Shown: positions 1-9,931 of the stretch, one piece after another
Layout of the letters: each line of letters begins with the position of its first letter
How positions within the stretch are numbered: position 1 is the first letter of the stretch
Origin: Cupriavidus necator
GTDB lineage: Bacteria > Pseudomonadota > Gammaproteobacteria > Burkholderiales > Burkholderiaceae
DNA length: 32,000 nt
NCBI RefSeq assembly: GCF_016127575.1
Contig: NZ_CP066018.1
Coordinates: 3,300,001 to 3,332,000 of the forward strand
Direction: 5' to 3'
The notes under the pieces: generated by a model
What the model saw: the letters and a program-made list of their open reading frames with translations, nothing else
Database searches by the model: none
What the model was told of the DNA's origin: nothing
Position numbers and translations under genes: made by a program

Positions 1-792
1 GGGAATGGCGTAGATGCTCTCGGTCACGACCACGCCGCCGATCAGGCCGGCCACGCTCAGCCCGATCACGGTGGCGATCGGCACCGCGGCATTGGCCAGC
101 GCATGGCGCGTCAGCATGCGCCACTCCGGAATGCCCTTGGCGCGCGCGGTCTGCACGAAGTCCTCGGTCAGTGCTTCGGACACGGCGGCGCGGGTCGTGC
201 GCGCCACCAGCGCGCACGACATCACCGACAGCGTGACGCAGGGCAGGGCCAGGTTGCGCAGCCATGGCCAGATGCCGTCGGCCAGGCGGCTGTAGCCCTG
301 CGACGGCAGCCAGCCCAGGTGCAGCGAGAACACCCAGATCATCAGGTAGCCGGCCACGAAGATCGGCACCGAGAAGCCCAGCACGGAGCCGCCCATCACC
401 AGGCGGTCGAGCCAGCGGCCGCGCCGGTAGGCCGCCAGCGTGCCCAGCGGCACCGCCGTCAGCACGGTCAGCACGATGGTCAGCGCCGCCACCGAGAGCG
501 TGGGCTCCAGCCGCTGCGCGATCAGCGTGGTCACGGGCATCTTGTAGAAGAAGGAATAGCCCAGGTCGCCGCCCAGCACGTGGCCGAGCCAGCCGATGAA
601 CTGGCGCGGCAGCGCTTGATCCAGCCCGAGCTGGGTGCGGATGCGGGCGATGTCTTCCACGCTGGCGGCGTCGCCGGCAATGGCCGCTGCCGGGTCGCCG
701 GGGGTCAGCCGCAGCAGCGTGAAGACGATGACAGCCACCACCGCCAGCACTGGCACGGTGGCCAGGCTGCGGCGGACCAGGAAATTCATCAT
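1..792 (-). CDS. ABC transporter permease (DppB/OppB-like, peptide/nickel/opine family), 3-prime end outside the window
   Basis: Not in the ORF track because it runs off the window edge. My manual minus-strand translation from the ATG at 792 gives MMNFLVRRSLATVPVLAVVAVIVFTLLRLTPGDPAAAIAGD...GWLPSQGY...ARAKGIPEWRMLTRHALANAAVPIATVIGL...TESIYAIP with no stop down to position 1. This has the typical DppB N-terminus and the EAA-like loop region (ARAKG). It lies directly downstream of the family-5 binding protein on the same strand. Confidence 0.85.
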   Translation of the reverse strand, partial: MMNFLVRRSLATVPVLAVVAVIVFTLLRLTPGDPAAAIAGDAASVEDIARIRTQLGLDQALPRQFIGWLGHVLGGDLGYSFFYKMPVTTLIAQRLEPTLSVAALTIVLTVLTAVPLGTLAAYRRGRWLDRLVMGGSVLGFSVPIFVAGYLMIWVFSLHLGWLPSQGYSRLADGIWPWLRNLALPCVTLSVMSCALVARTTRAAVSEALTEDFVQTARAKGIPEWRMLTRHALANAAVPIATVIGLSVAGLIGGVVVTESIYAIP

Positions 793-868
793 GGCACTAC
801 CTCGTTGGGGGAAAGGGAGGTCAGCAGGCTGGCGGCACGGCAGCCGGGACCGCGGGCGCCGTAGCGGG

Positions 869-2461
869 CTATTGCTTGCGCACGTTCCAGTACAGCACCG
901 CCGGTGCCGGCAGCAGGCCGCTGATCGCACCGCTGCGCACCACGGTGGGCGCCTTGCCTTCGCCGACGGGCGCCAGGATGCCGTTTTCGATGGCGCGCAG
1001 CTGGATCCTGGTGGCGATGTCCTTGCGCTGCGCGGCGTCCGCGGTTTCGATGAAGCGGGTCTTGAGGGTTTCCAGCTCGGCGTCTTCCGGCCAGCCGAAG
1101 TAGCCGCGGTCGCCGTTGCCGGTCAGCGGGCTGTAGGTGATGGGGCTGCTGGCGTCGACGCCGCCCCAGAAGGTGATGTAGGCATTCCAGCCGCCTTTCT
1201 CGGGCGGTTCCTTCCTGGTGCGGCGCGTGATCAGGGTGCTCCAGTCGGTGGCCTGCACGTCGACATTGAAGCCCACCTGCCTGAGCAGCTGGCCGTAGAC
1301 CACCGGCAGGCGGCTCAGCGCGGGGGCATCGCCCGGCAGCATGATCACCACTGGCTTGCCGTCATAGCCGGACTCCTTGAGCAGCTTGCGCGCCTGTTCG
1401 AACTGCGGCTTGCCGGTGAAGAAGCCGGTCTGGTCGCTGGCATAGGGCGAGCCGCACAGGTAGATCGAGGCGCACGGCTTGTAGAAGTCGCGGTAGGTGG
1501 CCTGCGCGCGCAGCATCGCTTCCTGGTTGATCGCCAGCATCGCGGCCTTGCGCACCCTGGCGTCATTGAACGGCGGCACCTTGTGGTTGTAGATCACGGT
1601 GAAGGGGCCGGCGGGCATGATGTCGACCATCTGCACCCGCTTGTCGGTGCGCAGTTGCGGATAGTGCGATGACGGCACGACCTCGAGGATATCCACCTCG
1701 CCGTTGAGCAGCGCGTTTACCTGGGTCTGCGTATCGCGCAGGAACACCCATTCGACGCGGTCGACGTGCACGGCCTTGCCGCCGGCCAGGCCGGACGGCG
1801 CATCCTTGCGCGGCACATAGTCGGGATTGCGACGGTAGACCACGCGGTCGCCGGGCCGGAAGTCCTCTTTCTTCAGCGTGAAGGGGCCGGAGCCGGTCAG
1901 GTCGTCGATCTGCTTGTCGGCAGGCGTCTCGGCGACACGCTTGGGCATGATGAACGGCACCAGCGGGCTGGGCTTGCCCAGCGCATCCAGCACTGCGCCG
2001 AAGGGCTGGCGGAAAGTCATGCGCACCGTGGCCGGGCCTTCGGCAGTGATGCTGGCCATGGCTTCATACATGCGCTGGCCCAGCACGTCGCGCTTGCCCC
2101 AGCGCGCCAGCGAGGCGATTACGTCCTGCGCGGTGACCGGCGTGCCGTCATGGAACTTGAGCCCTGGCCGCAGCGTGAAGGTCCAGGTCTTGTTGTCGGC
2201 GCTGGTGCTGGTCTTGTCCACCATCTGCGGCCGGATCACGCCCTTCTCGTCCATGCCGAACAGGGTGTCGTAGATCATGAGGCCATGGTTGCGCGTGATG
2301 TTCGCGGTGGTCCAGACCGGGTCCAGGATCTTCAGGTCGGACGACGGCACGGTGCGCAGCACGGTCTCGGCGATTGCGCTGCCGGCGGACATGCATGCCA
2401 GGGCGCACAACGCGACGGCACCGGCACGGCGAAGCGGGATTGCAGACATCATGGTCATCAT
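869..2461 (-). CDS. ABC transporter substrate-binding protein, family 5 (peptide/nickel/opine type)
   Basis: 530-aa ORF starting at an ATG. The N-terminal signal peptide is MMTMMSAIPLRRAGAVALCALACMSAGSAIAE. Its length and sequence character are those of DppA/OppA-like SBP_bac_5 proteins. It sits upstream of the DppB-like permease. Confidence 0.85.
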   Translation of the reverse strand: MMTMMSAIPLRRAGAVALCALACMSAGSAIAETVLRTVPSSDLKILDPVWTTANITRNHGLMIYDTLFGMDEKGVIRPQMVDKTSTSADNKTWTFTLRPGLKFHDGTPVTAQDVIASLARWGKRDVLGQRMYEAMASITAEGPATVRMTFRQPFGAVLDALGKPSPLVPFIMPKRVAETPADKQIDDLTGSGPFTLKKEDFRPGDRVVYRRNPDYVPRKDAPSGLAGGKAVHVDRVEWVFLRDTQTQVNALLNGEVDILEVVPSSHYPQLRTDKRVQMVDIMPAGPFTVIYNHKVPPFNDARVRKAAMLAINQEAMLRAQATYRDFYKPCASIYLCGSPYASDQTGFFTGKPQFEQARKLLKESGYDGKPVVIMLPGDAPALSRLPVVYGQLLRQVGFNVDVQATDWSTLITRRTRKEPPEKGGWNAYITFWGGVDASSPITYSPLTGNGDRGYFGWPEDAELETLKTRFIETADAAQRKDIATRIQLRAIENGILAPVGEGKAPTVVRSGAISGLLPAPAVLYWNVRKQ

Positions 2462-2497
2462 CTCTCGGGGGCGGGGTGGGGGGACAAAGGGCGCCGG

Positions 2498-2998
2498 TCA
2501 GGGCGTGGTGGTGCCGCGCTCGCGCAGCTTCTGGAGATACCGCTCGAAGGACTCGCGCGAAGCGGCCTCGGCTTCGATCAGCTTGACCAGCGTGGCGCGC
2601 AGCGCGTCGATCTCGGCCGGCGTCAGGCAGTGCAGGAAGCCCGCTTCCAGCTCGATGCCGAGCGGCTCGGCGCGCCGCACCAGGTCGACGCCGGCCTCGC
2701 TCAGGAACAGGCACACCTGGCGCGCGTCTTCCGTGCTGATCTCGCGCTGCACCAGGTCGCGCTTGACCAGCGCGCCAACCAGCTTGGACGCCAGCGTCTT
2801 CTCGATCGCAGACTGCTGCACCAGCTGGCCCATGGTGATGCCGGGCGCCGATCCGATCATCCGCAGCAGGCGGATGTCCCGCAGCGAGACCCCGAATTTC
2901 TCTTCATACACGCGCGAGCCGCGTTCGCGCGTGCGCTCGGCGGCCATGTCGAGCAGGATGTTGATGTAGTCGGACTTGAGCCGGAGAGCGCGTGGCAT
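2498..2998 (-). CDS. MarR family transcriptional regulator
   Basis: I chose the internal ATG at 2998 (MPRALRLKSDYINILLDMAAERT...) rather than the 266-aa track ORF. The upstream extension is Arg/Ala-rich and crosses the AT-rich promoter region. The resulting 166-aa protein has a winged-helix segment (GITMGQLVQQSAIEKTLASKLVGALVKRDLVQRE) typical of MarR. Confidence 0.8.
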   Translation of the reverse strand: MPRALRLKSDYINILLDMAAERTRERGSRVYEEKFGVSLRDIRLLRMIGSAPGITMGQLVQQSAIEKTLASKLVGALVKRDLVQREISTEDARQVCLFLSEAGVDLVRRAEPLGIELEAGFLHCLTPAEIDALRATLVKLIEAEAASRESFERYLQKLRERGTTTP

Positions 2999-3019
2999 GA
3001 ATAGATGAAAAATTCGATA

Positions 3020-3034
3020 GTTGAAAATTTCAAC
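3020..3034. promoter_or_regulatory. Perfect 7-1-7 palindrome GTTGAAA-A-TTTCAAC in the marR / Bug divergent region (candidate MarR operator)
   Basis: The palindrome was read directly from the sequence. It sits 22-36 bp upstream of the marR start, in the only AT-rich stretch of the 2999-3239 divergent intergenic region. MarR dimers typically bind such palindromes overlapping their own promoter. Confidence 0.4.
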
Positions 3035-3239
3035 GAATAATAGTGACCGGCGAGGGGGCTGGGCCATGAGGGATTTCCCGGGGTAGGGCAATGCGGCGCT
3101 GCGCCATGCCTGGCAGGACTTGGCCCGCGCCGCGCGGGAATCACGCCGGGCGGGGTGCTGGCCTAGACTGCGTTGGCATCCCTCGCGCACCGCACTCCCG
3201 CGGGCACCACAGAAGGGAGCCAGGACAGGAGACACACCG

Positions 3240-4235
3240 ATGCAACACCGTTCCGCACGGCTGCGCGCAGCCGTGGCCGCCATGCTGCTGGCGGCCATCC
3301 CGGCGGCAGTCTGCGCCGCCGATCCCGCCTCCGCCGAGCCCTATCCGTCGCGCCCGCTCACCATCGTGGTGCCGTCGGTGGCGGGCAATGTGAACGACGC
3401 CGTGGCGCGGCTGATCGGGCAGGAACTGACCAGGAGCTGGGGCCAGCCGGTCATCGTCGACAACAAGCCTGGCGCGGGCACCACCACGGGTACCAAGTAC
3501 GTTGCCCGCGCAGCAAAGGACGGTTACACCGCGCTGTTGACCTTCACTGCGCACGTGCAGAACCCGTCGCTGTACCGGGGTATCGGCTATGACCCGATCG
3601 CGGACTTCACGCCGGTCAGCGAGGTGGCGATCTCGTCCACCATCCTGGCGGTGTCGCCGGACTTCCCGGCGCGCACGCTGCCGGAGGTGGTGGCGCTGCT
3701 CAAGGCCAATCCCGGCAAGTATCCGTACGGGTCGTATGGCGCGGGGACGACCGGCCATATCCTGGGAGAGTTGCTCAAGCGCGAGGCCGGGCTGCAGATG
3801 GAACACGTCGCCTACAAGGGCGGCGCGCCGCTGGCCACCGACCTGGCGGCCGGCCATGTGAAGCTGGGCTTTATTGCCGTGGGCACGGCCATGCCGCTGC
3901 TGCAGGGCGGCAAGCTGGCGCCGGTGGCGATCGCTGGCGCGGAGCGTTCGGCGCTGCTGCCCAAGGTGCCGACCTTCCGGGAGGCCGGCTACAAGGGCTT
4001 CGAGCCCGATGCGTGGATGGGCCTGCTGTTCCCCGCCGGCGTGCCGAAAGCACGGGTCGATGCCCTGTCGCGCGAGGTCGCGCGCATCGTGCGCCTGCCG
4101 GAAATCGCGAAGAAGATGCAGGACCTGAATCTGGTGCCGGTCGGCAGCACGCCGGAAGCCTTCGCCACGGTGATGAAGAACGACCGCGACAAATGGAGCC
4201 GCATCATCAGCGATGTCGGCATCACGCTCGAATGA
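3240..4235 (+). CDS. Bug family (TctC-like) tripartite tricarboxylate transporter substrate-binding protein
   Basis: ATG at 3240 preceded by AGGACAGGAG. The signal peptide is MQHRSARLRAAVAAMLLAAIPAAVCA. It is followed by the hallmark YPSRPLTIVVP...PGAGGTT-like motif of Bug proteins, and the length is about 331 aa. Confidence 0.85.
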   Translation: MQHRSARLRAAVAAMLLAAIPAAVCAADPASAEPYPSRPLTIVVPSVAGNVNDAVARLIGQELTRSWGQPVIVDNKPGAGTTTGTKYVARAAKDGYTALLTFTAHVQNPSLYRGIGYDPIADFTPVSEVAISSTILAVSPDFPARTLPEVVALLKANPGKYPYGSYGAGTTGHILGELLKREAGLQMEHVAYKGGAPLATDLAAGHVKLGFIAVGTAMPLLQGGKLAPVAIAGAERSALLPKVPTFREAGYKGFEPDAWMGLLFPAGVPKARVDALSREVARIVRLPEIAKKMQDLNLVPVGSTPEAFATVMKNDRDKWSRIISDVGITLE

Positions 4236-4246
4236 CAGGAGTCCCG

Positions 4247-5260
4247 ATGCAAGAGACCGATTACCTGGGGCTGGTCTGCTCCCGCTGGTGCCACTGGAGC
4301 GAGCTGGAACTGCAACGCCTGCCGCGCCAGCCGCTGGCGCCGGGCCAGGTGCGCATCCGTGTGCGCCATGCCGGCGTGGGCTTTGCGCTGAGCCTGTTTG
4401 TGTCCGGCAAGTACCAGCGCAAGCCGCCGCTGCCGTTCATCCCCGGCACCGAGGCCGCGGGCGAAATCATCGAGGTGGCGCCTGATGTCACGCGGCTGCG
4501 CCCGGGCCAGCGCGTGGCCGCGGCGCTGGACTGGGGCGGCTTCGCCGAGGAAGCGGTGGCCATGGCCGACACGGTCTATCCGGTGCCTGACGGGCTGGAG
4601 CTGGCCCAGGCGGCGGCGCTGCCCATCACCTATGGCACGGTCTGGGCGGCGCTGGCCTGGCGCGCCGCGCTGCAGCCGGGCGAAACCATGCTGGTCCATG
4701 GCGCCAGCGGCGCGCTGGGCACGGCCGCGGTACAGGTGGGCCGGTTGATGGGCGCGCGCGTGATCGCCACCGCCAGCACCGAGGCCAAGCGCGAGGCGGC
4801 GCTGCGCAACGGCGCCGCGCATGCGCTGCCGTCCGACGCGGCCACGCTGGCGGCAGCGGTCAAGGCGCTGTGCCCCGCGGGCGGGGCCGACGTGGTGTTC
4901 GATCCGGTCGGCGGCGATCTCTTCGACGCCTCGCTGCGCTGCGCGGCGCCGGGCGCGCGGCTGCTGTCGATCGGCTATGCCAGCGGGCGCATCCCGGAGG
5001 TGCCGGCCAACCTGCTGCTGGTGAAGAACCTGACCCTGATCGGCTTCAACTACGGCTACTACATCGGCTGGGGCCTGACCGACGAGCGCCGGCGCTTTGC
5101 GCAGCCGGTGCAGGCGATGGTGGCCGAGATCATGCAGGCGGCAGCCAGCGGCAAGCTGGCGCCGCCCGTGCTGCAGCACTTCCCACTGAGCGATTGGCTC
5201 AGCGCCGTCGACACCACGATGTCGCGCCGCGCCATCGGCAAGATCATGCTGGATATCTGA
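4247..5260 (+). CDS. NADPH:quinone oxidoreductase / zinc-type alcohol dehydrogenase-like (MDR superfamily) protein
   Basis: ATG at 4247 lies 5 nt after ACAGGAG. The sequence includes GQVRIRVRHAGVGFALSLFVSGKYQ...PFIPGTEAAGEIIEV and the nucleotide-binding VHGASGALGTAAVQ motif. An alternative ATG at 4232 overlaps the upstream stop codon. Confidence 0.8.
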   Translation: MQETDYLGLVCSRWCHWSELELQRLPRQPLAPGQVRIRVRHAGVGFALSLFVSGKYQRKPPLPFIPGTEAAGEIIEVAPDVTRLRPGQRVAAALDWGGFAEEAVAMADTVYPVPDGLELAQAAALPITYGTVWAALAWRAALQPGETMLVHGASGALGTAAVQVGRLMGARVIATASTEAKREAALRNGAAHALPSDAATLAAAVKALCPAGGADVVFDPVGGDLFDASLRCAAPGARLLSIGYASGRIPEVPANLLLVKNLTLIGFNYGYYIGWGLTDERRRFAQPVQAMVAEIMQAAASGKLAPPVLQHFPLSDWLSAVDTTMSRRAIGKIMLDI

Positions 5261-5274
5261 ACGGAGGGCACGAC

Positions 5275-6423
5275 ATGCACCATGCACAAGCGGCAACGGA
5301 CGATGCCATGTTCGACGGCCTGACCGTGCTCGACCTGAGCCAGGGCATCGCCGGCCCGTACTGCGGCCTGATCCTGCGCCAGCAGGGCGCGCGCGTGGTC
5401 AAGGTGGAGCCGCCGGGAGGCGACTGGTCGCGGCAGATGGGACGCATCCGCGCCGGCCAGACCGCGATCGCGGTCGCCTGCAACGCGGGCAAGGAGAGCG
5501 TGCTGCTGGACGCGCGCAGCGACAGCGGCCGGGCCGCCATCGCCAGGCTGGCGCAGCAGGCCGACGTGGTGATCCAGAACTTCCGCCCCGGCGTGGCCGA
5601 GCGCATGGGCGTCGGCTACGAGGCGCTGGCCGCGCGCAACCCGGCGCTGGTCTATGTCTCGATCTCTGGCTACGGCCATGCCGGCCCGATGGCGAACATG
5701 CCAGCGGTGGACACCACCATGCAGGCCTTCAGCGGCCTGATGCACCTGAACCGCGACAGCGCCGGCCAGCCGCGCCGCATCGCCTTCTACATGGTCGACC
5801 TGAGCACCGGGCTCTATGCGGCCCAGCATGCGTCGGCAGCGCTGTACAAGGCCGCGCGCAACGGCCGCGGCCGGCACGTGCGGCTGTCGCTGCTGGAGAC
5901 CAGTGCCGCGCTGCAGTCCTACCTGATGGTGGATGACGCCATGTTCCCCGATGCGGAACTGGCCGTGGCCAATGCGCCCACCGGGCTGTTCGATGCGGCC
6001 GATGGCCGGCTGTACCTGAGCATGCTCAACGACGCCATGTTCGTGCGGCTGGCAACGCTGCTGGGTTTCGACGACTGGCTGGCCGATATCACGCTGCACA
6101 CCAGCGCCGGCCGTCTGCCGCGCGCGGCGGAGCTGGGCCGGCGCGTGGCGCAGGCGATTGCAGCACAGCCGCTGTCGCATTGGGAGGCGCTGCTGACCGA
6201 GCACGATGTGCTGTTCGCGCGCGTGGGCCATGCACGGGACCTGCCGCAGAGCGCGCAATGCGCGCAGGCGGGCGTGTTCGGCCGGCTGCCGCTGGCTGGG
6301 ATCGGCGAAGTGCCGTGGGCCAACCTGCCAGGCATGGCAGGATCGGAACGGCCGGCAGGGAATGCGCCGGCGCTGGGCCAGCATACCGAAGCGGTGCTGG
6401 CGGAGTTCGGCATCGGCACCTGA
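5275..6423 (+). CDS. CaiB/BaiF family (class III) CoA-transferase
   Basis: ATG at 5275 follows GGAGGG. The N-terminus FDGLTVLDLSQGIAGPYCGLILRQQGARVVKVEPPGGDWSR is the signature start of family III CoA-transferases. Confidence 0.85.
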   Translation: MHHAQAATDDAMFDGLTVLDLSQGIAGPYCGLILRQQGARVVKVEPPGGDWSRQMGRIRAGQTAIAVACNAGKESVLLDARSDSGRAAIARLAQQADVVIQNFRPGVAERMGVGYEALAARNPALVYVSISGYGHAGPMANMPAVDTTMQAFSGLMHLNRDSAGQPRRIAFYMVDLSTGLYAAQHASAALYKAARNGRGRHVRLSLLETSAALQSYLMVDDAMFPDAELAVANAPTGLFDAADGRLYLSMLNDAMFVRLATLLGFDDWLADITLHTSAGRLPRAAELGRRVAQAIAAQPLSHWEALLTEHDVLFARVGHARDLPQSAQCAQAGVFGRLPLAGIGEVPWANLPGMAGSERPAGNAPALGQHTEAVLAEFGIGT

Positions 6424-6433
6424 AAGCGGCGCC

Positions 6434-6473
6434 GGAAAAGAAAAACGGACGGTGCGCAATGCGTACCGTCCGT
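6434..6473 (-). terminator. Rho-independent terminator downstream of tRNA-Val
   Basis: 13-bp stem (one G-T pair) with a 3-nt loop at 6445-6473 (ACGGACGGTGCGC-AAT-GCGTACCGTCCGT). On the minus strand it is followed by TTTTTCTTTTCC. It lies 15 nt past the tRNA CCA end. It could also weakly stop the convergent CoA-transferase transcript. Confidence 0.7.
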
Positions 6474-6487
6474 GTTCCGTTGTGCGT

Positions 6488-6564
6488 TGGTAGGCTCGAT
6501 TGGACTCGAACCAACGACCCCCACCATGTCAAGGTGGTGCTCTAACCAGCTGAGCTACGAGCCT
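6488..6564 (-). tRNA. tRNA-Val (anticodon GAC)
   Basis: The reverse complement folds by hand into a canonical 77-nt cloverleaf. The arms are: acceptor AGGCTCG/CGAGCCT, D arm GCTC-AGCTGGTTA-GAGC, anticodon arm CCACC-TTGACAT-GGTGG (anticodon GAC), and T arm GTTGG-TTCGAGT-CCAAT. The CCA end is encoded. Confidence 0.93.
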
Positions 6565-6577
6565 AGCGAAGGCGCGA

Positions 6578-6606
6578 ATTATAGAGACGCCTTTTTGATT
6601 GCGCAA
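6578..6606 (-). promoter_or_regulatory. Sigma-70-type promoter for tRNA-Val: TTGCGC-N17-TATAAT with a GC-rich discriminator
   Basis: The minus strand reads TTGCGC (6606-6601), a 17-nt spacer, then TATAAT (6583-6578), then TCGCGCC. The mature tRNA 5-prime end is 13 nt after the -10 element. A GC-rich discriminator is typical of stringently controlled stable-RNA promoters. Confidence 0.6.
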
Positions 6607-6641
6607 GCATCCTCGCCAACTTTTTGTGTGGATGCTTGCGC
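6601..6641 (-). terminator. 12-bp perfect inverted repeat (GCGCAAGCATCC ... GGATGCTTGCGC) after the acyl-CoA synthetase stop; possible terminator or insulator hairpin
   Basis: Read directly from the sequence. It has a 17-nt loop, starts 20 nt after the stop at 6661, and its distal arm coincides with the -35 of the tRNA promoter. There is no U-tract on the minus strand, so terminator function is uncertain. Confidence 0.3.
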
Positions 6642-6660
6642 TTGTGCCGTGCGCGGCGCG

Positions 6661-8211
<1,551 letters not shown>

Positions 8212-8277
8212 GTTCGGCAAGGGAATGCGGACGCCGGCCTGGCGGCGCCCGATGAGCAATGATGGATCGAAGCAGTC

Positions 8278-9285
8278 TTACTGGATCTGTGCGCCGGAGT
8301 CCTTCACCACCTTGCTCCAGCGGTTGATCTCGGCGTCGATATGGGTGCGCAGCGCGGCGGGAGTCGAGCCCACCGGCTCATAGCCGTTGGCGGCCAGCGT
8401 CGCCTTCAGTTCGGGCTGGCGCAGCACCGTGGCAATCTCGGTGCTGAGCCGGTCGATCACGGGCTGCGGCGTGCCGGCCGGTGCCAGCATCGCGTACCAG
8501 CCGGTGATGCTGATGCCCGGCACGCCGGCCTCGGCCAGCGTCGGCACCTCGGGCGCGACCGCGGCGCGCTGGCTGCCGGTCACGGCCAGTGCGCGCAGCT
8601 TGCCGCTCTTCACATGCGGCAGGGTGGTGGAGATGCTGTCGAAGGTCAGCTGGACCTCGCCCGACAGCATTGCCGTCACCACTTGTGCGCTGCCTTTGTA
8701 CGGAACGTGGGTCATCTTGATACCCGCGACGGAATCGAACAATTCGCCCGCCAGGTGGCCGGTATTGCCGTTGCCGGCCGAGGCGAAGGTCAGCTTGCCG
8801 GGCGCGGCCTTGGCCTCGGCAATCAGCTCCTTCACGTTGGTGGCCTGCAGCGAGGGGCTCCCGGCCAGGATCATCGGCAGGCTGGCCACCAGCGAGACGG
8901 GCGCGAAGTCCTTGCGCGTGTCATAGGGCAGCTTCGGGTACAGGCTGGCATTGATGGCATGGGCGGCCAGCACCATGATCAGGGTGTAGCCGTCGGGCTT
9001 GGCCCGCGCCAGCGCCTGGCTGGCGATGGTGCCGCCGGCGCCGGGCCGGTAGTCCAGCACCACGGGCTGGCCCAGGCGCTCCTGCAGCCTGGCTGCGACC
9101 GGGCGGGCCAGCAGGTCGGCGCTGCCGCCCGGCGGGTAGGGGATCAGCAGCTGGACCGGGCGCGATGGCCAGGTCTCGGCGCTGGCGCCGGACGGCAAGG
9201 CGGTTGCGGCCGCGGTGGCCAGCATGCCGGCCAGCCATGCGCGGCGGACCCAGGCGCGGCGCCGGGATGCGATCAGGGATGCCAT
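8278..9285 (-). CDS. Bug family (TctC-like) substrate-binding protein
   Basis: ATG at 9285 with GGAGA upstream. It has a signal peptide with an RRRAW twin-Arg-like motif, then WPSRPVQLLIPYPPGGSADLLAR...PGAGGTIA, which is typical of Bug proteins. It lies 66 nt or less upstream of the acyl-CoA synthetase on the same strand. Confidence 0.85.
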   Translation of the reverse strand: MASLIASRRRAWVRRAWLAGMLATAAATALPSGASAETWPSRPVQLLIPYPPGGSADLLARPVAARLQERLGQPVVLDYRPGAGGTIASQALARAKPDGYTLIMVLAAHAINASLYPKLPYDTRKDFAPVSLVASLPMILAGSPSLQATNVKELIAEAKAAPGKLTFASAGNGNTGHLAGELFDSVAGIKMTHVPYKGSAQVVTAMLSGEVQLTFDSISTTLPHVKSGKLRALAVTGSQRAAVAPEVPTLAEAGVPGISITGWYAMLAPAGTPQPVIDRLSTEIATVLRQPELKATLAANGYEPVGSTPAALRTHIDAEINRWSKVVKDSGAQIQ

Positions 9286-9485
9286 CAGCTTGTCTCCTCG
9301 TTATGCCGGCCGCGGGCGCAGCCGTTGTCCCTTGTCGCCAGGTCGGGCCGGGATGTTGGTGTCACAAACGGTAAAGGTGTAAGCGCGCCAGCGGAATTCT
9401 TAAATCGATAAGTCTGGCTTTTTGCAAGCGAAGCGATAGGCGGCACCGGTGCGAATGGCTGTATCTGGCGGTCGGCTACAGCAAT

Positions 9486-9607
9486 AATCTTTGCGAATGA
9501 GGAGATTTTGCCAGTCGGCTGTGTTCAGAGGCTTGAATCTTCGCAATCAGGGAGATTTCTTGATTTCGCCGCCTGGAAACACTAAAGTCTTTGCAATCAA
9601 GGAGATT
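9486..9607 (+). promoter_or_regulatory. Three phased operator-like repeats upstream of hipB (AATCT-N12-AGATT)
   Basis: The three sites are 9486-9507 (AATCTTTGCGAATGAGGAGATT), 9536-9557 (AATCTTCGCAATCAGGGAGATT) and 9586-9607 (AGTCTTTGCAATCAAGGAGATT). Their start points are exactly 50 bp apart. Each contains inverted 5-bp half-sites, and the three sites are also direct repeats of each other. Confidence 0.6.
9560..9588 (+). promoter_or_regulatory. Candidate hipBA promoter TTGATT-N17-TAAAGT
   Basis: -35 TTGATT at 9560-9565, a 17-nt spacer, and -10 TAAAGT at 9583-9588. The promoter sits between repeat 2 and repeat 3, and the -10 overlaps repeat 3. Confidence 0.45.
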
Positions 9608-9610
9608 TTT

Positions 9611-9931
9611 GTGCCAGTGACCCTCACCGAACCCGGCGATATCGGCGCCTTCGTGCGCGCTGCCCGCAAGGCGCAAGGCCTGCGCCAGGACGATGCCGCA
9701 GGCGCCATCGGCGTCAGCGAGAACTTCATGGTGCGCGTAGAGAACGGGGCCGAAGGCATCCAGTGGGGCAAGCTGTTCCAGGTGCTGGAAGGGCTTGGCC
9801 TGCGCGTGGTGGTGGATATGCCGGAGGCAGCGGCCCCGCTGGTAGCGCCTGAACTCGCCAAGCTCAGGCAACGCCAGGCGCGCAGCCGCAACCGGCGCGC
9901 AGCGGTCAAGGGAGGCGACCAGCATGGCTGA
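9611..9931 (+). CDS. hipB: HipB-like XRE-family HTH antitoxin
   Basis: GTG at 9611 lies 7 nt after AAGGAG. The HTH segment is IGAFVRAARKAQGLRQDDAAGAIGVSENFMVRVENG. The stop overlaps the hipA start by 8 nt (ATGGCTGA). The track ORF start at 9491 would run through the operator repeats. Confidence 0.8.
   Translation: MPVTLTEPGDIGAFVRAARKAQGLRQDDAAGAIGVSENFMVRVENGAEGIQWGKLFQVLEGLGLRVVVDMPEAAAPLVAPELAKLRQRQARSRNRRAAVKGGDQHG

Noticed and set aside
103-864. Plus-strand ORFs (253, 111 and 345 aa) in the first 1.7 kb
   Set aside because: They are antisense to a well-formed DppB-like permease and to the binding-protein gene. Their sequences are Arg/Gln/His/Ala-rich nonsense.
3120-5274. Longer track ORF starts for the Bug (3120), oxidoreductase (4013) and CoA-transferase (4870) genes
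   Set aside because: The extensions overlap the preceding genes or promoter region and are Arg/Pro-rich. Internal ATGs at 3240, 4247 and 5275 have Shine-Dalgarno sequences and give canonical N-termini.
6424-6660. tRNA-Val as the boundary of an integrated genomic island
   Set aside because: There is no integrase, excisionase or phage gene on either side. I found no duplicated tRNA 3-prime segment by eye within the window. A whole-genome search would be needed to exclude it fully.
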